DNA of 64,000 nt, taken from NCBI RefSeq assembly GCF_964204865.1, contig NC_135259.1, positions 5,642,001-5,706,000 of the forward strand. The letters are read 5' to 3'. This DNA is from Styela clava (lineage: Eukaryota). The notes below the pieces were generated by a model. That model saw only the letters and a program-made list of their open reading frames with translations, was not told the origin of the DNA and searched no databases. Position 1 is the stretch's first letter; every line of letters starts with the position of its first letter. Made by a program: the position numbers and the translations under genes. Positions 1 to 11,101 of the stretch are shown here, piece by piece.

Positions 1-291
1 TTGATCAGCACAAACACTCCGTGAGCTGGCATAAGGGATGAGTGAGCGATACTCCTGAATGAGTACAAGTGACCTTACTTTAAAAAAATTATCTAGAGAT
101 GCATATTCAAAACATCTGACTATGTGTGATTGTAAAGGCACACGGAAGCAGTCGAATGAGACCTACCAATGTGACATTAAAATTATATGTGAAATTCCTA
201 CAACATTACAAAACAACTCTTTATCCATTCATTATAATGAAAAACTTATTTGATGATTTGATGAAGATTGTGAAATTAAATAAATTTCGTC

Positions 292-1251
292 TTATCTTGA
301 ATATTCTGGACACAAGTGAGATGTGGTTTTCCATATATTATTGATGACAGCAACAACATTATCATCCAATGGACCTTTCTTGGCATAAGATAAATTTTCT
401 TCAAGATGTTTTGCAGTTGAGGAACCAATAATAACACCATCCCCACCTTTGAGTGCGGAATGGTGATACAACCACCTTATGGCTGCTTCTGGTACTGTAA
501 CTGATTCACCATATGCTGTTTTGAGAGATTCACGGATTGCTTCAACAGCATCAAAATATTCTTGTTTCCAATATCTATTTCGATATGCGGTCACCCATTT
601 TCCACTTCCAAAAAATCTCCCCGGTTCGTTCTTTGAAAGATCATCAATTTTATGCTTTCCAGTTAAAAATCCTCCACCAAGAGGACTATAGCCATAAAAT
701 CTTATATTATGATACCTGAGACAAGGAAACAGCTCTTTTTCCACCATCCTTGTGAGTGCACTGTACATACCTTGGTACACTGTTGGCTTTATCCATCCGT
801 TTTGCTTGCACACATTAACAACTTCTGCCACAAGCCAAGACGAATAATTAGACAGGCCAAACTCTTTAAATTTTCCTTCCTTGTATAAAGTATTCACAGT
901 TTCCAAAGTTTCCAGCAAGGGTGTATTATGATCGGGTGCATGGAGGTAGAATATATCAGCTTTATCTCTTTTCATATTTTTCAGTGATGTTTCCAACTGA
1001 GATCTCACACTTTTTGCTCCCAGACCTTTTCCATCCCATGGATTTGCCTTTGTAGCATATTCAAAGTCCTTACTGATTCCATCTTTCAAATTTCCCAGGA
1101 AAACTTCTGTTTTACCACCTGCGTACATATAAGCTGTGTCAATTTCAATAAATTCTTCTTTTTCAAATATTTTCAACATCTTTTTGCCCTCTTCCATATC
1201 AGCCCGCCTGCCAATTTCCATGGAGCCAAAAATTGTTCGAACCTGAGACAT
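292..1251 (-). CDS. AKR7A: Aldo-keto reductase family 7 (aflatoxin B1 aldehyde reductase-like), 319 aa, intronless CDS
   Basis: ORF has the AKR catalytic tetrad contexts IDTAYMY, ATKANPW and FYLHAPD, plus AKR7-type motifs GLSNY, PTVYQGMY and YSPLGGG. ATG is at 1251-1249 (the ORF-track start is a GTG). A splice acceptor TATTTCAG lies at 1301-1308 just upstream. Confidence 0.93.
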   Translation of the reverse strand: MSQVRTIFGSMEIGRRADMEEGKKMLKIFEKEEFIEIDTAYMYAGGKTEVFLGNLKDGISKDFEYATKANPWDGKGLGAKSVRSQLETSLKNMKRDKADIFYLHAPDHNTPLLETLETVNTLYKEGKFKEFGLSNYSSWLVAEVVNVCKQNGWIKPTVYQGMYSALTRMVEKELFPCLRYHNIRFYGYSPLGGGFLTGKHKIDDLSKNEPGRFFGSGKWVTAYRNRYWKQEYFDAVEAIRESLKTAYGESVTVPEAAIRWLYHHSALKGGDGVIIGSSTAKHLEENLSYAKKGPLDDNVVAVINNIWKTTSHLCPEYSR

Positions 1252-1834
1252 ATTCACTGTTATCACTGTATCAGCAGTAGAAAACTGATTATTCTACAAT
1301 CTGAAATATAGAAACAATGTTTTTTTTCCATTAAAAAAAATGAAACAATTATGATCATAGGAGAAGTGATAAAATCTATTCACCTAATCCAACCTTCCAA
1401 CGTTTTTGAGACTTGCATTTGTAGAGTAGGCCTACTTTAATTAGGTATTTCAAAAGTGTGTGTTCCTACATGACTTTAGTGCGATCACATTTCTTATCAC
1501 ATTACCGAGGACCAATGCCAATATTACTCTAAATCTTATAAAGATCTCCTGTTAAAATTATGATTCTTTCGCGTGCAAGTATTTGAAGTTTCAGCATTGT
1601 AATATGAGATATGACCTACTTTATGGATCAATTTACATACTTAAATGCAACTGTGCTATACTCATGGATAGGCTACTGCATTTTAATAGTGTGTCTCTGT
1701 TTTAATAGTATAATCTCTTGCAGCGCATTGGAAAGGCATTGGAATTATTTGCGCATACTACTGTACCAGATTAAAATAAATTAGAAACTTGTTTCAAAGG
1801 CACGGCATTCAAAAAGGGCACTTCTTTCCCCATT

Positions 1835-1890
1835 TTTTTTTGTAGGCCGCATTTGGCCCACGGGTCGCACTCGCAGGTTGCACACCCCTG
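1835..1890. mobile_element. Isolated hAT-type MITE end
   Basis: GGCCGCATTTGGCCCACGGG...GTTGCACACCCCTG, the same terminus as the element ending at 40807. Confidence 0.55.
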
Positions 1891-2106
1891 GTGTACAGTA
1901 TATAGTTTCTACAGTATACACATATAGCATGTAAGAAGGAAAACATAAGTCTGGACACCAACACTTGGGCTTTTCAGCAGTAATCTAAAATCAGGAAAGA
2001 CAGGAATATAACATTTATCGTGACATTGTGAACATCACTATCAGTACGGTACCGTTATAAAATGTCACAACATATTACACACGGGTCTCATGTACTTTCT
2101 TACCTG

Positions 2107-2330
2107 AATAACTTCTAGTGGGCGTGGCGTAACAATTTTTGGATATATGATTCCTGACCCCCACCTGATGACGCCATCCAAAAATTACGTCACTGCGACG
2201 TCACAATAACGAAATACAGCTTGCCAAACTATAGCGACGGTCACCCGTAACGGCGCCTACGAGTATGTCAACACACTCAATACGTCAGCGACCTCTCTCT
2301 TATCGGGGTCGTTGTGCAGAGCTCAAAATA
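2107..2330. repeat. Partial copy of the long-TIR MITE family seen intact at 29903-30944
   Basis: Shares TTCCTGACCCCCACCTGA...CATCCAAAAATTACGTCACTGCGACGTCAC and the downstream CTCTCTCT...GTCGTTG segment. Confidence 0.75.
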
Positions 2331-2684
2331 AACAAGGATCACAAGCGACTAAATTGTCGCCAAAGAACGTTCACGATATCCAATTCTGACCAATTTCTGT
2401 TCAGCAATAGCTCATGTATCATGCTACAATCTAATAGAGCGTTATACGATACAACTCTAACCAAGGCTTTAGACAAGCAGAAAGTACATATTATTTTACG
2501 CAATGGTTGGTTGGGTACCACACACATAAAGCCTTATTATTTTATGTCCAGCAATAGCCCATGTATCTTACCTCAATAACTTCTATTAGGCTTAGCGTCA
2601 ATAAAGCGACAATAAAGAACTCGTATTACTGTATTAATGACGCCCGTGTGTATACGCTACCGTTACCGGTGTAGTTTCGTATCT

Positions 2685-2825
2685 CAATAACTTCTAGTAG
2701 GTTTAGCATAAGAATTTTCGCATATATTATTCCTGACCCCCACCTGACTTGGTCATCCAAAAATTACGTCAATGCGACGTCACAGAAACAAAATCTGAAA
2801 ATAGAGCTGATCGCCCGTAATCAGC
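2685..2825. repeat. Second partial copy of the same MITE arm
   Basis: AATAACTTCTAG...TTCCTGACCCCCACCTGAC...CATCCAAAAATTACGTCAATGCGACGTCAC. Confidence 0.75.
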
Positions 2826-3181
2826 GGCTTCCCTACCACACACACATAAGGAAGGACTTGTTATTTTATGTCTAGCCATAGATCATACATGGTATAGCTT
2901 ACCATTTTGCACTACGGTACGGGTACCGTACTCTTTATATTGCTGTATCGTACCGGTACGGTAACAGTCGCTATAGACTATATACGGTAGTATATAGTCT
3001 ATATAACGCTACTTTAACAGTCGAATTCCGGTTCATTGCATAATCCAATACGATAATCGGAAGTTCAAAGCATTGCATTCCTCCCAAAAAATGTGCCCAC
3101 ACGCCTTGTATTTCTGTATTTTAAGACGGATTGTAAGACTATGGTTAATCACTAAATAAATCACCTATGAATTGCCGAGTC

Positions 3182-3447
3182 ATACGGTAGCATCTGCACA
3201 TGTAAACTGAACTCGGGGCATTTGCACTTGCATACCGGTACCGGTACTTTTGCACCCACCGACACCCGCGAAAATTGGCACCCATGGACGTTTTCACTGG
3301 TGTGTGTTTCACTGGTCCCCCCCCCCCCCCCCCCGCCATAAAAAAAAACAAATTTGCGCCTCCCCACATCCGCACCCACGTAAATTTGTACACCCGTACA
3401 TAAATGTGACGTAATTGATTGGGTGCTAATTCATGTGACCTACGCGG
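3182..3447. repeat. Degenerate TTTGCACCC minisatellite-type repeat element
   Basis: Several TTTGCACC-like units; related to the array at 11445-11690. Confidence 0.55.
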
Positions 3448-3724
3448 ATGAAAATTTATACAAGAGAGCAATGCTCAAATATATGGACACGCAGACAATT
3501 CCCTAAAAATCATATGCGGGGACTTGCCAGTACTGTATCGAGGTACCGTGGTACCAATGATCATTTCTTCTTGAATATATTGAAACATCAATTGAAATAT
3601 CTCGTGCTATGAGTCAATTATATACCATATCAAGTACCACAGTCAAACATTTCACAAAAAAACGTTACTAAATAACATGCGTCAACTTAACACAACCTGA
3701 ATCGGGGTACAACTTTCGGTAAAG

Positions 3725-4076
3725 TAGGATAGGATAGGATAGGATTTACATATTTATCCCGGGGGAGAGGAAAGCCGATAAGACGGCTTATCCATATGGC
3801 GAACCACGGCCTCTCGTCCGGTTACCATTCCAAGTCGGGTATGGGATTAGTTTTTACTGTATTGTTTGTTTTCGGAAGCATGGACTTGGTGGTGGAGGAA
3901 GCCGTAACCGACCAGCGGTTACGTGAACCACCCAACGACGGCGAGGAGTCCAGCAATCCTCTCGCACATAACCATCCCTGCATGGGATTCGAACCTGCGA
4001 ACCCACGCAGAGTAATTAGAGGTGCGGGGGCGAGCGTATTCTTAACGCTTAGCCCGTTGGGCCACACCGCCGCGCC
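3725..4076 (-). mobile_element. Full-length tRNA-derived SINE
   Basis: Head with A box (GTGGCCCAACGGG) and B box (GGTTCGAATCCC), central GGCTTCCTCCACCA segment, (ATCCT)n tail. Near-identical to 13147-13484. Confidence 0.9.
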
Positions 4077-4416
4077 TGACTGTCATAGCCGTATAGGGCC
4101 GATGGACATCTCGACTTCACGGACAACTTACCAGGCCTAGCTCATAGTTTACTAAATATAGTTCGCTCACGGCTCGGTTTGCTACTCATGACTCATGAGT
4201 GATGCGTTACTACGTCATCAGTTTAATATATTTTGAAGCTCACAGAAGAGGATTTCCACTTGAATTCATTTGCGTATTTGGATTGGTTTTGTTGGTTGAA
4301 TGAAATGAAAAGATACACTGAGCATTGGGATAAAGTAGGAGATCGTGACATCTGCAAGTCATCTCTGCGTCGGTACCATAAGTTATCAAAGTGGAGTAAG
4401 GGCAGAGTAATTCTAC

Positions 4417-4795
4417 TGTTCTGTGATTGCATTTATTGGATAGTAATTAAAAATTTATCAGATACTCCCAGGTAAGGATGGACGGTATAGAATACTCTCA
4501 CGGATTTTATTATCAGTGTGTTTTGGACTAAGTTGTCTTTTTATATTTGCCTATATTCTTTTCGAGGACCCTTAATTTGGATATACTTCATCCGAGTCCG
4601 GTTACTGTGAAACTCCGACCACCATCGAGTCGTGAGAAAAAAAGAGCTCCCCGCCTCTTCTTCGGTCGCCGCGCTGCCGGCCGGACATGTTTTTCTGTGT
4701 TCTCCGTTTTGTGCTGTTTTAACTATGAAGTTGCCTCATAATAAACCACAAATCCGGAATCTGAGTCTTCTGATTCAATACACACGGTAGCAACA
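4417..4795 (+). mobile_element. Possible solo LTR
   Basis: TGTT...AACA termini and AATAAA about 50 nt before the end. Flanks TCTAC/TCTTA match only partly. Confidence 0.35.
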
Positions 4796-5439
4796 TCTTA
4801 AACCGTGATAATACCAAATCCAGAGGATTCGAATCCCTATTAGGACTCGGTTTCCGCCTTTTCGGCGCCGTGCGTCAATTTCTGTATTTCGGATTTATAA
4901 TTTACTAATCAGAAACGAGCATTATTCTCTTGCGACGAGATCTGTCTCGTGTGATTATACTTGTGCTTTCTCGCAAAGAGCTCGCAAAAGCGACATCAAA
5001 CACCATAATCCCAGCTTGAATATTCAGAACTCGAAGATGGCGTTATTGCACCATTTCATTTATTATTATTGGTGCCGACTGCCATCTTACCTTCGATTTT
5101 CCGAATTTTTGGAATAGTGAAACATTCTTTATTTTGAATTAAATTACTTTTTGAGTTCTCCCGAAAAATTGATGAGTACCCGACGTTAGATGATAAAACA
5201 TTATTTGCGATTGATTTAGATCAAATTTCACTTTTCACGACACACGGTTTCCGAAAATACGAAGTTACAACGCAAAACAATTCGTTTTGTTACATTTATT
5301 TTGCGCTCCCAATAAAACACATATATCTTTCGAGTCGCTGTTGAATCCGTTCCTATCGCCCAAGTGCGACACATGCCTAGTGGAGTGTCGGGCGGTAATT
5401 TAGTCGACGATAAATTAAAAAAAAGTTGCCACCCGTGGT

Positions 5440-6005
5440 ATGTAGGCTATAACGAAGATAACTGCAAATTTGGTAACAAAAATGAATTTGTCTCAAGATA
5501 GTGCGTGATTGCCACCAGGTAAACACATGTTGATAATAAATGAAGCACAACCGGTGTTAGCAAAACGATGTAATTTGCAGACGTTTCGAATTTCTATACA
5601 GAAAAACTTCATTAGGGCATGATATGGAAAGGACACAAGTGAATATATATAGAGCAAGAAAAAGAAAAAAATTATCATGGCGTCAACTCTAATCTAAAAG
5701 AGTGATGATAAGATAATATGTATAAATAAACAAAAAGGGGACTATTTAAACAATGATTTATATACAGGCGGGAAAAGTGTGGTTTCTTTGTCATTCATCG
5801 AATTCTTCTCTTTATTTATGTGATAAGATTCGAGAAATAGTCTTCTCCTGTATTGAGTTTCTTTTTCTAGTACCCTGCTGTTTTCCCAGTCGATGCTATG
5901 GTTATTACAAAGGGCGTGTTTCAAAAGGGCCGACTTGTCAATTTTCTTTTGTTTACTATCTCGTAGATGTTCCTTGCTGCGAGTTTCCAGGCTTCCAGTC
6001 TCAAG
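5440..6005 (-). mobile_element. Penelope-like retroelement 3' fragment (GIY-YIG endonuclease C-terminus plus 3' region)
   Basis: Translates ETGSLETRSKEH...KSALLKHALCNNHSIDWENSRVLEKETQYRRRLFLESYHI...MND...FPPVYKSLF, typical of the PLE GIY-YIG end. Confidence 0.85.
5575..5620 (-). ncRNA. Degenerate minimal hammerhead ribozyme motif in the Penelope 3' region
   Basis: Minus strand reads TGCC-CTAATGA-AGTTTTTCT GTAT AGAAATTC-GAAAC-GTC-TGCA. The core CUGAUGA is mutated to CUAAUGA. Confidence 0.55.
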
Positions 6006-6115
6006 ATGTTATTTTATGAGTTTTGCTCGCCGAAGCAATCGATTTCTGTCAAAGGCACTAACATTGAAAAAATATAAAACGATATCATATCAGTCCGATT
6101 ACCTACATACGCATT

Positions 6116-9100
6116 AGACATCGGCTACAGCCAGATAGCTAAGGACCACACGCGCCACGATATCACGTTGGGAGAATACCACGACGCATCACTCAAGCGT
6201 AACGAGAGAACTGTCTAACCAATTACATTAAACAACATGATGCGCAACTCCGGCATTTTTGTCCGAAGATCGTATTCGATACCACGCTCCAATGCACATA
6301 CTTGACGAGACGAAAACGAGCGGATGTGTGCTGCTTTCAAGGCGTAGCACGAATGGTGTTCGTGCCTGCTTTGACAGTTGTTGTCGATTTTAATGATATT
6401 TTGGAAAGTTAAGGTAAAAAGAAATCGGAAAAAGGTAAGGTAAATACTATTGTTGTATATCACACCCGGGCATCGCACTGTTAAGTACATGTGGGAAAGC
6501 CAGCCTTTGTCAAATACTACGAAGTTATTAATTCAGTACGGTACGTAGTTGCCCATTTGCCGAAATTACATATTTACTTACCCCTTATGGTTTCGAATAG
6601 TTCATGCACCTCCAGTTAGATTTTTTTAATCAGTGAGGATATATACTCATTGTTGATTGCTGCTTATTGTAACATACTATTGCGCATTCACTTTTATTTG
6701 CGTATTGAATCAAAGTGTTAACAAGTTCACCTAACATTTCACTCATACCGGTCTATATTGTATAGTCTGATCTCTCAAGTATTTGGAGCCACGAATGCTT
6801 GTAATTTTCTGACTAAACCCTTTTATTAGTTGGTTTATATACCAAATTCAGTAAAATATTTTTTACATAAAACATGAGATATTGGATTTGTTAGCTTTTC
6901 CATTCTAAATCATATAAACTGCTTTATTTATTCTTAACGAAAAACAATAAATCTCCTCTCTTTCTTCAGATGTGAAAGTTGTGGACAAACCTGTCTAAGC
7001 ATTGTGAGACTCCTGCAGCACAAGAGGCATATCAATCAAAAAATTAAGCCGACATAAAGCAAAACTTTCAACTATTCGTCTAATCTCAATTTCCTATTAT
7101 TTATTCACAGGACAACTATAGCAGAAGGGGAGATATCAGAAGTCTGGCGACATATCAGTGACAATGTGATTCCAATAAATATAATTAGAGTACTCCATAA
7201 ATGTTTGCAATAGAAAAACAACCTGTGGAGGCATGCAAAGACATTTGACCCTCCGGTAGAGTTGTGTATGGCCCCCACATCCTGCAGGACTTGAGGAAAA
7301 TAACTAAAAATTCCAAAGCGTAAGATTGCATAAGCGGTATTATTCGTAAAAAGGCACAAAACACGCCACACATACTTAAAAACAGCTTTGGAAAATGAGA
7401 ATTACGGGTAACTCACTGCACCTGTGTTATATTCGGTTCATCAACTTTTGGTAGTACTATAGAAGAAATTCCGGAAGGGGTATAATAATCATTCATGATA
7501 AAATACTATCATATATTTTTTGGACAACTTCAATCTAGACCAGGGATCTCAAACTCGCGGCCCCAGAGAACTTCCAGTGCGTCCCTCGAACGCTTAACAA
7601 TAATTGTAATAGTATTTTGGATTTTTTTTTTATCTAAATGTAATAGATTTTTCAAACCTTTTAAAGTGAAATTGATTATTCACACAAAAAACAATTTACT
7701 GAAAGTAGTTTTGGAATATTAATTTTTTTTGTCCACATTTTGACCCAATTAAGAATACACATCAAGCTAGCAAAAGAATACTTGAATAAAACACTTGAGT
7801 GATTAAATTAAACGCAAAGTACATGAAGAAGGTGACATTTTCGAAGAAAATGGGAGTTGCAACATTTCTGCTTTTCCCAAAATTCTGAAGCACATTGCTT
7901 AATTCGTCATATTTCCATCAATACAATGAAAAAACACAATAAGCTCAGCAGTCAATATGACAAATTCGAAGACCAACTTCGAACAGAAAATTTCCATGTG
8001 CTTGTATATTAATATAATTATACAACGACTTAGTTACTAAAAATCAATATCAATAATAATTCAAGCAATCCTATGCCACGCAATGTGGTGCAAAATGTCT
8101 TGTCGAAAAAATCTGTGATTTGTTTTTTTACTGATCTATACATGAAATGATAAAAGTAACTTTTTTGCATTACTGGAATTAATTAAACATTCGCAAAGAT
8201 CCAGATTAACCCATGATCATGTGGCCTCATTAGTTAGAGTTGGTACTATAAAATCATTTCAGCCTGGCCTTAGTATGCTGGTGACACAAAAAATATGCCA
8301 AACGTCAGGACAAATGTAATTATTAAAACATTGAGTTTATGTTGTAGTATTTTTGTTAATTTTAGGTTCATATATTAAGATTAAGTATTGTTCTTTCCTT
8401 ATTCAAATCTTGTTCAAAAATGATTTTGATGGTTGTACATAGAATTTTATGATTTTTATAATAAATACAGTAACTTGCAAATGTTGCAATAATAGTGGAA
8501 TGCAAATATTAATATGTAATTGCATTTGAAATTGAAGAAAATAATAAAACTTCATCCAACTGTTTAGTTGCATCACAATATATGTCACAAACTAAAATTA
8601 TCTTAAAAATATCTTTTAAGTATACATTATCATAAACTGTTTGCTGCTCTTTTTACAATTTCCAAAATGCAATGCGGCTCTCGAAAACCCACGAGTTTGA
8701 CACCACTGATCTATTCTAGACGATTCAAGCATTGCTTTGGGAAATAATATCACTTTAATTAAATTGAAATAATCTTGCTATATTAAATACAAAATCGTTG
8801 CTATCATAAAGGTAAACCAATTCAGCCACTCGAAATATATTGGCCTTCACAAAGCAATGGAGGCAAAATTGAGAGTTCATGAGCTATGAACATTTGTACT
8901 TTTCTTTGTCTTGAACTTTTCATACTCCACAGCCGCTATTAATTTTTTTTTAATTTTAATTACCATGTGATGGTCATACATATCTTTAACTTGTATTTTC
9001 TGTCATGATGTATTATCTCAATGTGCCAAACTATTAATTAGTGTGCATATTTTGCTTCCAGATGACATAAATGTATTGTCTTGTTTATTACCTCAGCTTG

Positions 9101-10075
9101 GAGTATTGACAAGAAAAAGATGCCAGTAAATTAAGTAAAATAACTCTTTGTTATTATCAGAATTCACAATCAACAGGAATTATAAACATCCAACAATCAA
9201 TGAGAATTATATGCGGAATCCCTCAGAATAAATTTGTCTAAAATCGGAGGAAGGCAAAAAATATAGGTAGTTTCCATCCACACAAGCATTTCAAGAAGAC
9301 TTGCTCGAGCCAAACTAAATGAGCATCGTCAGGTGATCGGTAAGGCTGCAAGTTGAATTCAGCCCTGCAACCTCCTGCATAGAAGATAATATTAATTAGT
9401 GGGCTATGAGCTAAATTCCTAAATTTAAACAAACCTATCTACGATGCATTGTGTACCAGCAATGTTACCTACGATTAAATGAATATGTAATATGTCTAAT
9501 AAATTCACCTACAAAAGCAAGTTCGATAGGTGCAAACTTTGTGTTATGGAATTGTATCACAGCACAGTTTTGTATGACACCCTCTTTAAAGGAAATTTTA
9601 ATGATTAAGCGCAAACATTAAAATTACTAACTTTGAACTTTGTCATTATCTGCAAAATGTTCCACACAAATCTTTCCGCTATCGCGTTTGTAATCTTCTC
9701 TGATAAAAAAAAACGTCTATGATGTCCAGAATTGCTCTTTACAGCTTGCCCGCCATTCCAGCTTTCCAAGTGAGCAAAACTTCTTAGATATAGAGATTAT
9801 TTTGTTTCGTTACATGCGCAAAAAGGCAGGTACTACTCGTAAAAAAGACGCCGAGTAGCAAAAGCGAGCGGAAAACGGACGCGAAAGGCGACGAGAAATA
9901 TGTGCATTGGAGCGTATCATGAAATACAATCTTTCGCCTTTAGTCTTATGGAGTGACGTCAGAGTTGCCTATCATGTTGTTTAATGTCATTGGTCTAACA
10001 TAAATAAACAAAGCGAAAAAAGCGTGAGCGAACTATATTAAGTTCACCATGCCTAGCTGTAGTCAAGTTGTCTCT
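6116..10075. mobile_element. Decayed DNA transposon with subterminal inverted repeats, P-element-like remnants (-) and a C2H2 finger remnant (+)
   Basis: Inverted matches 6219-6250 vs 9962-9993 (29/32) and 6284-6300 vs 9899-9915 (17/17). Minus strand gives KICVEHF...FKEGVI (THAP-like) and LQPYRSPDDAHLVWLEQVFL...WK. Plus strand gives CESCGQTCLSIVRLLQHKRH at about 6970-7030. Confidence 0.5.
7541..8708 (+). mobile_element. hAT (Charlie/SPIN/Buster-type) non-autonomous element with a transposase N-terminal remnant
   Basis: TIRs CAGGGATCTCAAACT / AGTTTGACACCACTG, flanks ATCTAGAC / ATCTATTC. A frameshifted KRKVHEEGDIFEE.WELQHFCF...AHCLI BED-finger relic lies at about 7810-7990. Confidence 0.82.
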
Positions 10076-10419
10076 GGTGAGTTGCCCATGTGTAGTCGAG
10101 TTGTCTGCCTCCCATTTCACATGTCCCGTGACAATGATCTATTCTTCTCCATTCAATTGCAACAGGAATTGAAATACTAAATAATCCGTGTCATCCCCTT
10201 CTTCATTATTGGAACAAAATTAAAAAAATCTCTTCTAGATATTCACATGCGGTACGGTACGTTAACATACCAATATACCTGTAATGTCAGATTCTTCTTC
10301 TTTGCAAGACCAACTAATTCGATTTATCACGGTACAGTATTATAACAGCATATACCACAGTCTAGAAATATATTCACACCAAGCGAAGCAGTGCAGTACG
10401 GTTTACCGTACCTTTAGCA

Positions 10420-11101
10420 CAGGGTCGGCCAACCTTTTGGCCGACCGGCCCCACTTAGTTTACTAATAATTGCGCGGGCCACTTAACATGGTAATTATGT
10501 TCTAGTTTTGCTACACTGACCAAAAGTTAATGAAAAACAAACAAAACCCTCGCACCAAACTTTCTCAATAATAAGAACAATAAAAAAACGAAGATACTCT
10601 AAAGTCAACAAAGTTTTTTCTACACGTAGACATTTTAGTGTGAAGTTTGACACTGTTTTTCGCTAACAAGTTTGTCAATATTCGCTGAAAAGGACGATTT
10701 AGCAATGTGAAGCGAATTTTCCATATGACTGTCAGAAATTAGTGATCTCACAGGGGATTTAACATGGTTCATCTGTGAAAAAACTTGCTTGTACGAGTAC
10801 ATGCTGCCAAATTATGAGGACAATATAACTGCCATTCTGCCCAAGTGTGTGAGCTACTATTTATGTATCTATATCTTCCAGTTGGTGATGACACTCATGG
10901 CTCGTTTGAAAGGGCTAGCAGAGCGCATTTCAGGAAAATGAACAAATTGTTTGTATCAAATCTTCATATTAACTACATCACTCGAAAAATAAAAGTTTTA
11001 CTCAATTTTATTTTTATTTAATTTCGAAAATACAGCGCGGGCCACTCGAAACTCCTCGGCGGGCCATACCGTTACCGCGGGCCACGAGTCGGACTACCCT
11101 G
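10420..11101 (-). mobile_element. hAT (Charlie/Buster-type) non-autonomous element with a transposase C-terminal remnant
   Basis: CAGGG...CCCTG termini and perfect 8-bp TSD CTTTAGCA (10412-10419, 11102-11109). Minus strand gives FGSMYSYKQVFSQMNHVKSPVRSLISDSHMENSLHIA...IDKLVSEKQCQTSH*. Confidence 0.9.

Noticed and set aside
3975-4076. tRNA gene
   Set aside because: It has A and B boxes but no cloverleaf, and it runs into the SINE body and tail.
3796-4140. Recurrent ORFs MDLVVEEAVTDQRLREPP / MWPNGLSVKN (also 13140-13395, 20135-20395, 27162, 28629)
   Set aside because: They are incidental frames through SINE copies, not a gene family.
9295-9335. Second hammerhead-like motif (CTGACGA-TGCTC...GAGCA)
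   Set aside because: It lacks the GAAA core and lies inside a transposase-like coding remnant.
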